In this document: one piece after another, positions 9,158 to 18,548 of the stretch
Layout: the number at the start of each line of letters is the position of its first letter
Numbering within the stretch: the first letter of the stretch is position 1
NCBI GenBank assembly: GCA_964637115.1
Contig: CAZWVL010000008.1
Location: 1 to 64,000, forward strand
Direction of reading: 5' to 3'
Source: an uncultured Methanosarcinales archaeon
Lineage (GTDB): Archaea; Nanobdellota; Nanobdellia; Woesearchaeales; ARS49
Length of the DNA stretch: 64,000 nt
Notes under the pieces: generated by a model
The model's input: the letters and a program-made list of their open reading frames with translations, nothing else
The model's database searches: none
Told to the model about the DNA's origin: nothing
Translations under genes and position numbers: made by a program

Positions 9158-9296
9158 TTTTGATAAAGAATACGCGCGAAAACTAATAACTTCAGATTAC
9201 GACCCGTGTAATATTTGCGGAATGCCAATGATTGCGAATAAGTGCAAAATTACTTGCTTAAACTGCGGGTTTAAGAGAGACTGCAGTGATTCTTAA
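9150..9296 (+). CDS. 48-aa Cys-rich zinc-finger microprotein (HVO_2523-like pattern)
   Basis: MTNFDKEYARKLITSDYDPCNICGMPMIANKCKITCLNCGFKRDCSDS; start overlaps pduO stop. Confidence 0.72.
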   Translation: MTNFDKEYARKLITSDYDPCNICGMPMIANKCKITCLNCGFKRDCSDS

Positions 9297-9303
9297 TTAT
9301 TTT

Positions 9304-10119
9304 CTAAGATTTGATGAGTTTTTCAGCTCTGGCTGCCGGACCGGCATTTGCACCAACGTTAAAAGTATTATATCCGGCCATTGTTGGAATTGTGTACGCA
9401 GAAGGGCAATTGAAATCCCAATCGTTCGGCAGGCCCAAACCCACGCACACTGCGCCCAACTCTTTTAGCCGCTGGGAAGCGTTGTATTTCAAAAGTGTTT
9501 CCTCAAATGCCTCCCGTAGCTTGGCGGCATTTGGCGGTGAAACAACCCGCGCCTGAATCTTCACCTCTTTCACGGATGAAAACCCTTCCGGAACTGCAAC
9601 CTCAACTGAAATCCTCTCGTTTCCATGCCGCGCGTACGCACTGCGCAGTTCTCCAGCTATCTCCTGTAAGTGCGGGTGATTGATATAAACAAAGCGATCT
9701 TTTTCCTTCCTCATGTTCAGCTCGATATAATCTCTTAACTCCTTTGGCGAATTCTTGACAGCCGTTTCAGAAATCTCATTATGAGGGAAGGGCACTTTGT
9801 CTGTAAGCGCAAGCAGTGACTGCGCCTCAAACACATCATACTCTTCAATCTTATCGGCCACATACTGCTTCCGCGTCTTATTCACCAGCCTGACCAACAA
9901 CGAGCTCTCCAACGATTTATCCGCTTTCGCGCCATCGTGAACAACCAGGTATGCAATTGCACGATAGCTTGGATCATATAAAATTTCAAAAAAAGGAGGA
10001 TGCGAATGCTTCATAAGCGGAAAAACCTGCATCATGATGTATTTCGCAAAGCCAACCATTCCCGGCTGCCTGCTCTTATGAACAGAAATCCCCAGCGCAT
10101 CTTCCAATGTCTTCGCCAT
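9304..10119 (-). CDS. Hypothetical protein
   Basis: Long ORF; likely ATG at 10119 (MAKTLEDALG); no motif recognised. Confidence 0.65.
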   Translation of the reverse strand: MAKTLEDALGISVHKSRQPGMVGFAKYIMMQVFPLMKHSHPPFFEILYDPSYRAIAYLVVHDGAKADKSLESSLLVRLVNKTRKQYVADKIEEYDVFEAQSLLALTDKVPFPHNEISETAVKNSPKELRDYIELNMRKEKDRFVYINHPHLQEIAGELRSAYARHGNERISVEVAVPEGFSSVKEVKIQARVVSPPNAAKLREAFEETLLKYNASQRLKELGAVCVGLGLPNDWDFNCPSAYTIPTMAGYNTFNVGANAGPAARAEKLIKS

Positions 10120-10244
10120 CTCTTGCAGACTTACACGGCGATTAATAAATTTTATTGCTGTACACAATCGAAATTTTTCGTGCAAAACAAGTGATAAAAA
10201 AATCACGACAAATTATTTAAACAACGCAACAAGCACAGCACGAC

Positions 10245-11528
10245 ATGGGCACGCGAGGACATTACAAGGGACAAGGCGGACTTGAAGCTAGAATAGATCG
10301 CCTTCAAAAACAACTCTTTGGTGATCAAGTTAAAGGAATGCCATTGACCGGCAGGGAAGATATCACAGAAGTAATGCTCGGAGGACACCCTGCATTCGGA
10401 GGCAAGCACCTGCGAATTGCATACGGACTCATCCGCAAGGCAATAGCTGATGGCCACACAATATTTACATCATTCGCAGGCCCTCTAACTGCCTCCGATT
10501 ATCACAGAGTGTGGGCAATTCCTTTCATGAAAGCAGGATACATCAGCGCATTTGTGGCATCAGATGCAATATCATATCACGATGCGCATGACGCAGTAGA
10601 AGGAAAACGCAAAGTCTATGACGTAAATATGTACGGCGATGATGCACTGCACTACGACGCAAAAATAATTAGAATAACAGATATTGGGTTCCCTGAAGAG
10701 GTGCTGTTCAATACAGACAGATTCTTTACATGGGTACTAAGAAAACCTGAATTCCAGCGAGCATTGACAACGACAGAATACAGATGGCACTTGGGAGAAT
10801 ACTTATACGCTCTTGAAGATGAAAGAAAGATTCCACACGGACTTCTTGCAACTGCATATGCGTATGACATACCGGGCTTTTGCGCCTCACCAGGAGACGG
10901 ATCTGCAGCCCTCAACGGAGTGAAATTGAAAAAAATGCAACAATTGCTCGGCAACAAAATGAAACCAAAATTCAAGATGGAAATCGATGTATTGACAGAT
11001 GTCTATGAAGCCTGCTCGATGCATATGTGGTCGCAGAAAAAAGAAGGAAACAGACAGCTCGCATACACGGTGTTTGGAGGCGGCGCATCAAAGAACTACA
11101 TGCTGCAACCAGAGCCTGCGATTGAACAAATACTGATGGTGAACACGGCGAAATACAACATAGGAGTGCAATTCACCACAGCGCCCGTCACTGATGGGAG
11201 CTTGACTTCCTGCTGGCCATCAGAAGCAATCAGCTGGGGCAAACTGCAGAAAGAGGCCCAGACGGTATCCGTTCCAGTCGATTACACAATGGTGATGAGC
11301 ACAATTGCACACGCAATCCTGCACGAACGCGCAATCTACTTGGACACGCTGAACGGTCCATTATACAGAGGAGACAAAGAAAGATTCTTTGAAGATCATC
11401 CAGGAGCACGCGGATTCCTAAGAGAGCCAGCCAGGCTTTACAAAAAAAGAGAACAAGCAATAGCGTTCTTTGACGAGATGGTAAAGAGAAAACTTCCAAA
11501 ACTCTTGAAAACAATGAATTTTCCATAA
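10245..11528 (+). CDS. Deoxyhypusine synthase-like protein, closest in motif pattern to bacterial DHS-like homospermidine synthases
   Basis: FAGPLTAS, YHDAH, SPGDGS, GGGASKNYMLQPEP, PSEAISWGKL with the catalytic Lys retained. Confidence 0.85.
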   Translation: MGTRGHYKGQGGLEARIDRLQKQLFGDQVKGMPLTGREDITEVMLGGHPAFGGKHLRIAYGLIRKAIADGHTIFTSFAGPLTASDYHRVWAIPFMKAGYISAFVASDAISYHDAHDAVEGKRKVYDVNMYGDDALHYDAKIIRITDIGFPEEVLFNTDRFFTWVLRKPEFQRALTTTEYRWHLGEYLYALEDERKIPHGLLATAYAYDIPGFCASPGDGSAALNGVKLKKMQQLLGNKMKPKFKMEIDVLTDVYEACSMHMWSQKKEGNRQLAYTVFGGGASKNYMLQPEPAIEQILMVNTAKYNIGVQFTTAPVTDGSLTSCWPSEAISWGKLQKEAQTVSVPVDYTMVMSTIAHAILHERAIYLDTLNGPLYRGDKERFFEDHPGARGFLREPARLYKKREQAIAFFDEMVKRKLPKLLKTMNFP

Positions 11529-11567
11529 ATCTTTAAATAGAACAAGATAATTGCATTCTGGGGGCAT

Positions 11568-12221
11568 ATGGAACAAACAGCAAAAGAGGTTATACTAACG
11601 TACGAAACACTGTACGAATTTTTACGCAGAGAAAAATCACGCGAAGAACTGCAAAAATTAGATGAACGCTTCCTGAAAGACACGTTGAACTATCTGCGCG
11701 AAAAACAGCAAGCATACGATGACAATTTAACGAAAAATGACATTTTTTCCCAGAGCGAACGCGATAAACTGCACATCCAGATAACAAACATCAGGAAAAT
11801 ACTTCGAGACTTGTACGACATCCGCGAAAGAAAAATCATCAACATGGCAATTAATCGCAGCAGGACAAACACGCAAGTTGTTGACACGGCAAATCTTTTA
11901 TCACAAGAACAGGCAATGTTTGAAAGCCTGCATTCAGTTTTGTCACAGTACAGAACAGGCATTTTACATCGGCTGCTTGAATTAAGGGAGCCGGATGTTT
12001 TGCCAATCGTTCTTCCACTGCCAATAGAAGAGCCACAAGAAGAAATTCCTACTCCTTTACCGCACGGCATAAAGAAAATAAAGTGCCTGGATTCAATAGA
12101 GCAGTTCTACGGCGAAGAATTAGAACAGTACGGGCCTTATGATGCAGAACAGGAAATAGAGCTGCCTGGAAAACTGGCAGACGTTCTTATTAACCAGGGG
12201 AAGGCAGTAGAACTACAGTAA
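11568..12221 (+). CDS. GINS complex subunit (Gins15/Gins51 family)
   Basis: LTYETLYEFLRREKSREELQKL...RERKII; C-terminal B-domain; canonical position before rpl44e. Confidence 0.85.
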   Translation: MEQTAKEVILTYETLYEFLRREKSREELQKLDERFLKDTLNYLREKQQAYDDNLTKNDIFSQSERDKLHIQITNIRKILRDLYDIRERKIINMAINRSRTNTQVVDTANLLSQEQAMFESLHSVLSQYRTGILHRLLELREPDVLPIVLPLPIEEPQEEIPTPLPHGIKKIKCLDSIEQFYGEELEQYGPYDAEQEIELPGKLADVLINQGKAVELQ

Positions 12222-12255
12222 GCTTTTTAAACCCCCTCTATCCCCAACGAATACT

Positions 12256-12573
12256 ATGAAGCTTCCAAAGACGAGAAATACGTATTGCCCGACGTGCAAA
12301 AAGCACACGGAACACAAGATAATTGAAGGCAAGAAAAAAACCAGAGGAAGCGCTCACCCATTGAGCTTTGGTAGCAGGAAAAGAATCAAATCAAGAGGCC
12401 ACCTGGGTGTTGGAAACCACGGCAAATATTCAAAGCCAGCCATTACAAAATGGAGAATGGCAGGCAGAAAGACCAGCAAGAAAGTTGATTTAAGATTTGA
12501 ATGCTCAGTGTGCAAGAAAATGCACGGAATGTCAAAAGGAGGCTTCCGAACAAGGAAGGTAGAATTCAAATGA
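12256..12573 (+). CDS. rpl44e: 50S ribosomal protein L44e
   Basis: MKLPKTRNTYCPTCKKHTEH...KKVDLRFECSVCKK. Confidence 0.96.
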   Translation: MKLPKTRNTYCPTCKKHTEHKIIEGKKKTRGSAHPLSFGSRKRIKSRGHLGVGNHGKYSKPAITKWRMAGRKTSKKVDLRFECSVCKKMHGMSKGGFRTRKVEFK

Positions 12574-12758
12574 GAAACAGAATGCGCGAATCAGACAGCA
12601 AGTTTGTCAAGATCAGATGCCCTAAGTGCAAGAACGAACAAATCACTTACGGCAAAGCAAGCACACTCGTACTCTGCCTTGTCTGCGGCAAGGAACTCGT
12701 GGAGCCAACCGGCGGCAGAAGCAGGATAAAGGCAAGAGTGTTGGAAGTTCTGGAATAA
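12570..12758 (+). CDS. rps27e: 30S ribosomal protein S27e
   Basis: SKFVKIRCPKCKNEQ...CLVCG..L.EPTGG; ATGA overlap with rpl44e. Confidence 0.96.
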   Translation: MRNRMRESDSKFVKIRCPKCKNEQITYGKASTLVLCLVCGKELVEPTGGRSRIKARVLEVLE

Positions 12759-12763
12759 AATTT

Positions 12764-13075
12764 ATGGCGCCACAAACTAAAGGCCCTCTCTTTCAATTCG
12801 TAGGCAAATTGGATAACGGCGTTGAACTCCTTATTGACCTACCAGGAGACAGAGAGGCGCTCGAACAACCGCGCATTCCGCAATCTGCATTAGACCACGT
12901 GAAGGCTGTTCCAAGAAAACTCAAAAACATAACATCACTAGATGGACTGGCCGCGGCAGTCAGGCGCGTTGAAATGACCGGAATTAATCACGTTGAAAAA
13001 GTCAATGTAATCTATTACCAAAACGGACAGGAAATAACGCGAGCATACGCCGTTGACCAGTTTTACAAATTATAG
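12764..13075 (+). CDS. Hypothetical protein (103 aa)
   Basis: ATG 5 nt after rps27e stop; no motif recognised. Confidence 0.6.
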   Translation: MAPQTKGPLFQFVGKLDNGVELLIDLPGDREALEQPRIPQSALDHVKAVPRKLKNITSLDGLAAAVRRVEMTGINHVEKVNVIYYQNGQEITRAYAVDQFYKL

Positions 13076-13130
13076 CAATATTCTTAAGTCGCGAAATCCT
13101 TATAAAGTTTGATTCTATAATTAGTACAGG

Positions 13131-13499
13131 GTGGTTGATATGGACTCAGATCTTGACATAATTGTTGTAAAAAGCGAAATAAAAAATGACGGAACACACA
13201 TAAAATTAGAGCCCATACCTACCAGGATGTCTGGCAGTGCAATCACTTCATTCTATTTACCGTTAGACCTGCGCCTCAAACCAGGAGACACAATAGCCCT
13301 ATTTGGCGACCACGTTTATAGCCGAGCAGGCCCAAGCCCCGACAGCTATGAACACGGCATCGTCTATCGTGGACACGGAACACGCCGTGATGAAGTTTTG
13401 CGCTTCACTAAGGAGGATATGGAGTTATTAGAAACTGTGAAAAATCGTGAAAAGGCCGCTTACGAAGCCGGCAAACAAGGACAACGGCGCACGGGTTAA
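13131..13499 (+). CDS. Hypothetical protein
   Basis: ORF preceded by a TTATAAA box; beta-rich N-terminus; no family recognised. Confidence 0.6.
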   Translation: MVDMDSDLDIIVVKSEIKNDGTHIKLEPIPTRMSGSAITSFYLPLDLRLKPGDTIALFGDHVYSRAGPSPDSYEHGIVYRGHGTRRDEVLRFTKEDMELLETVKNREKAAYEAGKQGQRRTG

Positions 13500-13510
13500 T
13501 AATTACCTAA

Positions 13511-13561
13511 AGCACGCTGAGGCGAAGCTTCAGCTGGGCTTTGAAACGCAAGCGTTTCAAA
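13511..13561. repeat. Pair of short-loop hairpins before the aIF2alpha promoter
   Basis: GCTGA ggcgaagct TCAGC and perfect TTTGAAACGC aa GCGTTTCAAA (13540-13561). Confidence 0.6.
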
Positions 13562-13594
13562 ACCTTTTTAAACACTCTTAGTTCTCGACGTAGA

Positions 13595-14368
13595 ATGCTC
13601 TTAAAGAAGACAGGATTCCCGCAGGACGAAGAATTAGTTCTTTGCACAGTAACAGGTGTTAATCCGCACTCGGTATTCTGCACTTTAGATGAGTATGGCG
13701 GCAGAACTGGAATGATACACATTTCTGAAGTCGCGCCCGGAAGAATCAGGAATATCCGCGAGTTTGTCCAAGAAGGCAAGAAAGTAGTCTGCAAAGTTCT
13801 TCAAGTTAACAAAGAAAAAGGACATATCGACTTAAGCTTGAGAAGGGTAAACGAAGGACAGAAGAGGACTAAATTAAATCAGATAAAACAAGAACAGCTG
13901 GCAGAAAAAATCATTGAATATGCCGCCAAGCAGCTTGGAGAAAGCACGCTGACATTATATAACAAACTTGCCGAGAAGCTTGCGCCTCAATTCGGCTCAA
14001 TATTTGCAGCGTTTGAACAAGCATCACAAGACCAGGTGAATCTGGAAACCGTTGTTGACAAGAAAATTGCTAAATTACTCACTGATGCAATCAAACAAAG
14101 AATAAAACCGCCAGAAGTCACAATAGGCGGAGACTTGAAATTAACAAGTTATTCACCAAACGGACTTCAAGAAGTCAAGGACGCATTGGCACTTGCCGTA
14201 AAAGCAGGCGTCAAAGTACGCTATTTAGGAGCAGGAACGTACCATTTCCAAGTCATTGCAGAAGACTACAAAGAAGCAGAACGAACGCTGAAAGCAGGCG
14301 TGGATCCTGTGATGGACTATGCAAAAAAGAACGACATAACAGCAGAATGGACGAGAAAAGAAGACTGA
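13595..14368 (+). CDS. eif2a: Translation initiation factor aIF2 alpha subunit
   Basis: FPQDEELVLCTV, S1 domain GMIHISEVAPGRIRNI, KGHIDLSLRRV, YLGAGTY. Confidence 0.96.
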   Translation: MLLKKTGFPQDEELVLCTVTGVNPHSVFCTLDEYGGRTGMIHISEVAPGRIRNIREFVQEGKKVVCKVLQVNKEKGHIDLSLRRVNEGQKRTKLNQIKQEQLAEKIIEYAAKQLGESTLTLYNKLAEKLAPQFGSIFAAFEQASQDQVNLETVVDKKIAKLLTDAIKQRIKPPEVTIGGDLKLTSYSPNGLQEVKDALALAVKAGVKVRYLGAGTYHFQVIAEDYKEAERTLKAGVDPVMDYAKKNDITAEWTRKED

Positions 14369-14372
14369 AATC

Positions 14373-14543
14373 ATGGAACACATTCTCAAATGCCAGCAGT
14401 GCGGCAAGTACACTATCAAAGAAGCGTGCACTTGCGGAGGGCAGGCAATAACGACAAAGCCTCCAAGATATTCTCCGGACAAGTACGGCAAGTACAGAAG
14501 AGAAGCAAGAAAAGAAGAACTTGTGAAGAAAGGGCTGCTGTAA
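14373..14543 (+). CDS. nop10: H/ACA RNP protein Nop10
   Basis: MEHILKCQQCGKYTIKEACTCGG...PPRYSPDKYGKYRR; canonical position after aIF2alpha; not in ORF track. Confidence 0.93.
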   Translation: MEHILKCQQCGKYTIKEACTCGGQAITTKPPRYSPDKYGKYRREARKEELVKKGLL

Positions 14544-14590
14544 AGCTTTAAATACACTGGAGACACATTCTAACTTAAAAAAAGAGGACA

Positions 14591-15859
14591 ATGGCTAAAA
14601 TACTCGCAGTAAAAGCACGCAGCATTCTAGACAGCAGAGGAAACCCCACAGTAGAATGCGAAATAAAGACTTCTGACGGCATATTCAGAGCAAGCGTGCC
14701 AGCAGGAGCAAGCACTGGAACGCATGAAGCGCACGAACTTCGCGATGGCGGAGAGGCGTATCTTGGGCTGGGTGTTCAAAAGGCAGTTAACAACATTAAC
14801 ATAATTCTTGCGAAGAAACTGAAAGGAAGAACAATCAATCAGCAGGAAATAGACGAGCTAATGATAAAATTAGATGGAACTCCAAATAAAAGCAAACTAG
14901 GAGCAAATGCAATACTTGCAGTAAGCATGGCAATTGCAAGGGCCGGAGCTGCAGCAAAAAGAATGCCATTGTATGAATACATCGGCAGTTTATTCGGAAC
15001 AAAGAAATTCATAATGCCAGTGCCTGCATTTAATATCATCAACGGAGGCAAGCACGCAGGAAACAAATTGGACTTTCAGGAATATATGATTCTACCAGTT
15101 GGAGCCAAGAGTTTTGCAGAAGCATTGCGCATGGGGAGTGAAATATATCACACATTAAAGAAAAATTTAGAGAACCATTTTGGCAAGAGCGCCATAAATG
15201 TCGGAGATGAAGGAGGATTTGCACCGCCATTAGAATGTATTGAAGAGCCATTTGACTATATTACTGATGCAATCATCAAATTAGGTTATTGGAAGAAAGT
15301 AAAATTGGGAATCGACTGTGCAGCAACAACATTCTGGAAACACGGAAGATATTATCTGGAAGGAAAAGATGTCACATCAGAACAACTTGTAAAAAAATAC
15401 CAAGACCTTGTCGACGGATATCCATTAGTCAGCATAGAAGACCCATTCTACGAAGAAGACTTCAGCAATTTCGCAAACTTAAGAAGAAAAGTAAGTGCAC
15501 AAATCGTTGGAGATGATTTGCTGTGCACAAATCCTGAAAGAGTCAAGAAAGCAATTGCGAGAAACAGCTGCAATTGTTTGCTGTTAAAGATAAATCAAAT
15601 AGGAACGATAACAGAAGCGCTTAGAGCAGCGCAAATGGCAAAAAAAGCAGGATGGAATGTAATGGTATCGCACAGAAGCGGAGAAACAACAGACTGTTTT
15701 ATTGCAGATTTAGCTGTCGGCATTGCAGCAGGCCAGATAAAAGCAGGAGCGCCCTGCAGAGGGGAAAGATTAGCGAAATATAATCAACTTTTAAGAATTG
15801 AAGAAGAGACAAAAGCGCCGTATGCAGGAAAGACGCTAAAATTCAATGATACTTCCTGA
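14591..15859 (+). CDS. eno: Enolase
   Basis: ILDSRGNPTVE, VPAGASTG, VGDEGGFAP, SHRSGET, KYNQLLRIEE. Confidence 0.98.
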   Translation: MAKILAVKARSILDSRGNPTVECEIKTSDGIFRASVPAGASTGTHEAHELRDGGEAYLGLGVQKAVNNINIILAKKLKGRTINQQEIDELMIKLDGTPNKSKLGANAILAVSMAIARAGAAAKRMPLYEYIGSLFGTKKFIMPVPAFNIINGGKHAGNKLDFQEYMILPVGAKSFAEALRMGSEIYHTLKKNLENHFGKSAINVGDEGGFAPPLECIEEPFDYITDAIIKLGYWKKVKLGIDCAATTFWKHGRYYLEGKDVTSEQLVKKYQDLVDGYPLVSIEDPFYEEDFSNFANLRRKVSAQIVGDDLLCTNPERVKKAIARNSCNCLLLKINQIGTITEALRAAQMAKKAGWNVMVSHRSGETTDCFIADLAVGIAAGQIKAGAPCRGERLAKYNQLLRIEEETKAPYAGKTLKFNDTS

Positions 15860-16526
15860 ACGGATTTTTCTTATCTGATGCCAATTTAACATGCGACGGC
15901 AGCAGGACGCTCTTCCACGACTTCCTTGACGGTCTCGGGGCTTTTCCAGACGGAACATCTATCACGTATTCAAAATAAGTATCGTACGGCATCTCCCACT
16001 TCAGCATTTTGCCAATAGAAACTTTTTCGAAATATCGACGGAAAGGACGCATAGAATTGCCGTGCGCAGAGATTGCAACATTAACCTTGTATTTCTTTAT
16101 GAAGGCAAGCAGGTCTTTGACAAATGAAAGAACGCGCTTCTCAACCATCCTGACACTTTCGCCCTTAGGTGGAGGAAAGTTGTAGGAACGATGATACTTG
16201 TCAAACAATGTTTTTCCGTATTCTTGTATGAACGCAGCATGAGAACGGCCCTGCAATTGTCCATAACAACGCTCAATCATTCTATCATCCTTCAATTTCA
16301 AGAAGCATTCAGGATGATATTTCAAAACTTCTTTCAAAGTATGAATTGAACGCTTCAAATGAGTCTCAAAAGCAACATCAATGCGCTTGTTCTTCAGCTT
16401 TTTAGCCGTTACGCGAGCATTCCTCATGCCTTTCGATGTCCAATCAGCATCAAGCCAGCCGGTAAAGCGCTTTCTTTTGTTAAAATGAGTCTGGCCGTGA
16501 CGGAAGAGATAAATATAGCGTTTCAT
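15843..16526 (-). CDS. gpmA: 2,3-bisphosphoglycerate-dependent phosphoglycerate mutase (histidine phosphatase family)
   Basis: RHGQT..N...FTGWLDA, ERCYGQLQG, PPKGES, SAHGNSMR. Confidence 0.88.
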   Translation of the reverse strand: MKRYIYLFRHGQTHFNKRKRFTGWLDADWTSKGMRNARVTAKKLKNKRIDVAFETHLKRSIHTLKEVLKYHPECFLKLKDDRMIERCYGQLQGRSHAAFIQEYGKTLFDKYHRSYNFPPPKGESVRMVEKRVLSFVKDLLAFIKKYKVNVAISAHGNSMRPFRRYFEKVSIGKMLKWEMPYDTYFEYVIDVPSGKAPRPSRKSWKSVLLPSHVKLASDKKNPFRKYH

Positions 16527-18310
16527 CTTGTCAATGCCAGATTATGCGCCTCTATATACCTTTCTATGAAAATTTTCCAGTCAGCAGTAGCTGCAATTTT
16601 CTGCGCCATGATTTTGTTCTCAATGCGTTCTTTTGTCGTAAAGTGAGCAAAACGAGACATCATTTCTGTCAATGCATTAACGATCTCCTCTGTCGACTTC
16701 TTTAAACGAGGCAGGACAAAAATTCCAGGATACTTGCCCTGAGTGCACTCCTTGCAAATATACTGGCCAAAGCCAGACAAATCAGTTGTCAGACTGCTGA
16801 CGCCCAGAGCGGCTGCTTCCAAAGGCGTATAGCCCCAAGGCTCATAATAACTCGGAAAAACTCCAAGGTGCGAGCCCTGCATGCTTTCATAATAACTAGT
16901 GTCAAGCAACCCATCAGCGCCTGACAAATAGATCGGGTAAAAGACAATTTTGACAACATCATCAGGCGAATTATCAAGACCAACTGCCTTTAACGCATTC
17001 ATGATAAGGTCTTTATCCTCATCATACAAGAAATGCGTGCTTAAAGGAGGAAGACCGCTTCTTGACAATCTTTTCAGCTTTGGCTTCAATTCCTGCAAAA
17101 ACTCATCACCAAGCAACGATTTATTCGAAATCTCCTTGCCGGAAATGAGCAGCTGCAAAAGTTTGCTATGAATATCCTCGTGCACTGCATCAACACTGTT
17201 TCTGACATCATTAAAGAACGTCTTGCTCTCCAAAAGCTCAGGACGAATTGCCTTGACATTGCCAGGAATCCAGAAAAACGCAACAACAGTCTTCTCGCAT
17301 TTCTCTGCTTTCAGCAAGTCATTTAATTTGCCCAACGCCTTGATGAAAACATCAACACCTTTGTCGTGAAATTCATACCTGCCTGCAATGAAATAAATCA
17401 ACGTGTTATCAATATCAAAATTAGAGTATGGGAAATAATAATACATCAAGAACTGCTTTATACGATTCTTGAACAATTTGTGCTTCAATGATGCTTCCTC
17501 GAATGAAGGGAATTTGGACATGTCAAGACCATTTAAGGTGAGAACATCCGGCTTTCTGCCCAAGAAATGAGCTGCCTCAATGCCGGTAATCTCACTAACA
17601 GTTGTAAAAACAGAAGCATTCTGCGCACTCTGCTTCTCCAACAAATGCTTTGCCCAGACAGAAGGGCCAAGCTTTTGAGCTTCACCATCAGAATCAATCT
17701 TTTCCAGATCATCATAGATGTCGCGCTCCTGCATTGCCAATGAACGGCCCAAAGTAGTTGCGTGAGTGGTAAATACAGTGCCGATTTTGATATTCTGGTG
17801 CTTCAAATAGAGCAATCCAGCACCAGCCAACCATTCGTGGAACTGGGCGACTATCTTTTTGTCATTGAATACCTTGCTGAGCTCTTCCAGCAGCCTGCCA
17901 ACAGCGTAAGACCAAACAACAGGCTCATCAAAATCAAACCATTCTGTCTTTAAACTATCAATCTTGAACCAATCCCACAATTTGCGCTTAATATCATCCT
18001 TCTGGACGGAGAAATTGGTAAAATCGACAAGAAGAACATTAGGATTACCTTTAGTAATCCACGTTCCACAATGAACTTCAATACCTTCCTGCCTGAGCTT
18101 TTCAAAAGCGCCCCTGCAATGCTCTGGCGCCAAATGCTCTTCAAAAACACCCCAAGACTTCTTTGGAAAATAAGGGCCGATAAGAAAGTAATTATCGCCA
18201 TAATGCTCCTTAATAGGCAGAATCTTGCTCTGGATGACAGTAAAAATGCCGCCAACCTTATTACACACTTCCCACGACACTTCGAAAATAATATCTGCTT
18301 TAGCATCCAT
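16523..18310 (-). CDS. Glycogen synthase, GT3 family
   Basis: FEVSWEVCNKVGGIFTV, FHEWLAG, FTTHATTLGR, GVFPSYYEPWGYTPLE. Confidence 0.92.
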   Translation of the reverse strand: MDAKADIIFEVSWEVCNKVGGIFTVIQSKILPIKEHYGDNYFLIGPYFPKKSWGVFEEHLAPEHCRGAFEKLRQEGIEVHCGTWITKGNPNVLLVDFTNFSVQKDDIKRKLWDWFKIDSLKTEWFDFDEPVVWSYAVGRLLEELSKVFNDKKIVAQFHEWLAGAGLLYLKHQNIKIGTVFTTHATTLGRSLAMQERDIYDDLEKIDSDGEAQKLGPSVWAKHLLEKQSAQNASVFTTVSEITGIEAAHFLGRKPDVLTLNGLDMSKFPSFEEASLKHKLFKNRIKQFLMYYYFPYSNFDIDNTLIYFIAGRYEFHDKGVDVFIKALGKLNDLLKAEKCEKTVVAFFWIPGNVKAIRPELLESKTFFNDVRNSVDAVHEDIHSKLLQLLISGKEISNKSLLGDEFLQELKPKLKRLSRSGLPPLSTHFLYDEDKDLIMNALKAVGLDNSPDDVVKIVFYPIYLSGADGLLDTSYYESMQGSHLGVFPSYYEPWGYTPLEAAALGVSSLTTDLSGFGQYICKECTQGKYPGIFVLPRLKKSTEEIVNALTEMMSRFAHFTTKERIENKIMAQKIAATADWKIFIERYIEAHNLALTR

Positions 18311-18364
18311 AGTCAACACTTCCTTCTACGCCTTGAAAAAGCTTTCACACTACTCAGAAGTAAT

Positions 18365-18451
18365 CTAAATGTGCGCAATCATCAAAAGAACAGAGAAACC
18401 AAGAGTAAGAGTGATGACGACGTAAATTGTGTATAATTCGTAAGCTTCCAT
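18365..18451 (-). CDS. Possible 28-aa single-TM microprotein MEAYELYTIYVVITLTLGFSVLLMIAHI
   Basis: Short hydrophobic ORF with a TTTAAAT box just upstream (leaderless-type); below track cutoff. Confidence 0.35.
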   Translation of the reverse strand: MEAYELYTIYVVITLTLGFSVLLMIAHI

Positions 18452-18548
18452 GGTCAAGAAAAATTTAAATGTCGCTGACCTTCGGTCCACCGAACACTTT
18501 TTTCTCGTTGCACTCAAAAAAAGAAAAATAAAAAATAAAAATTGCTTC

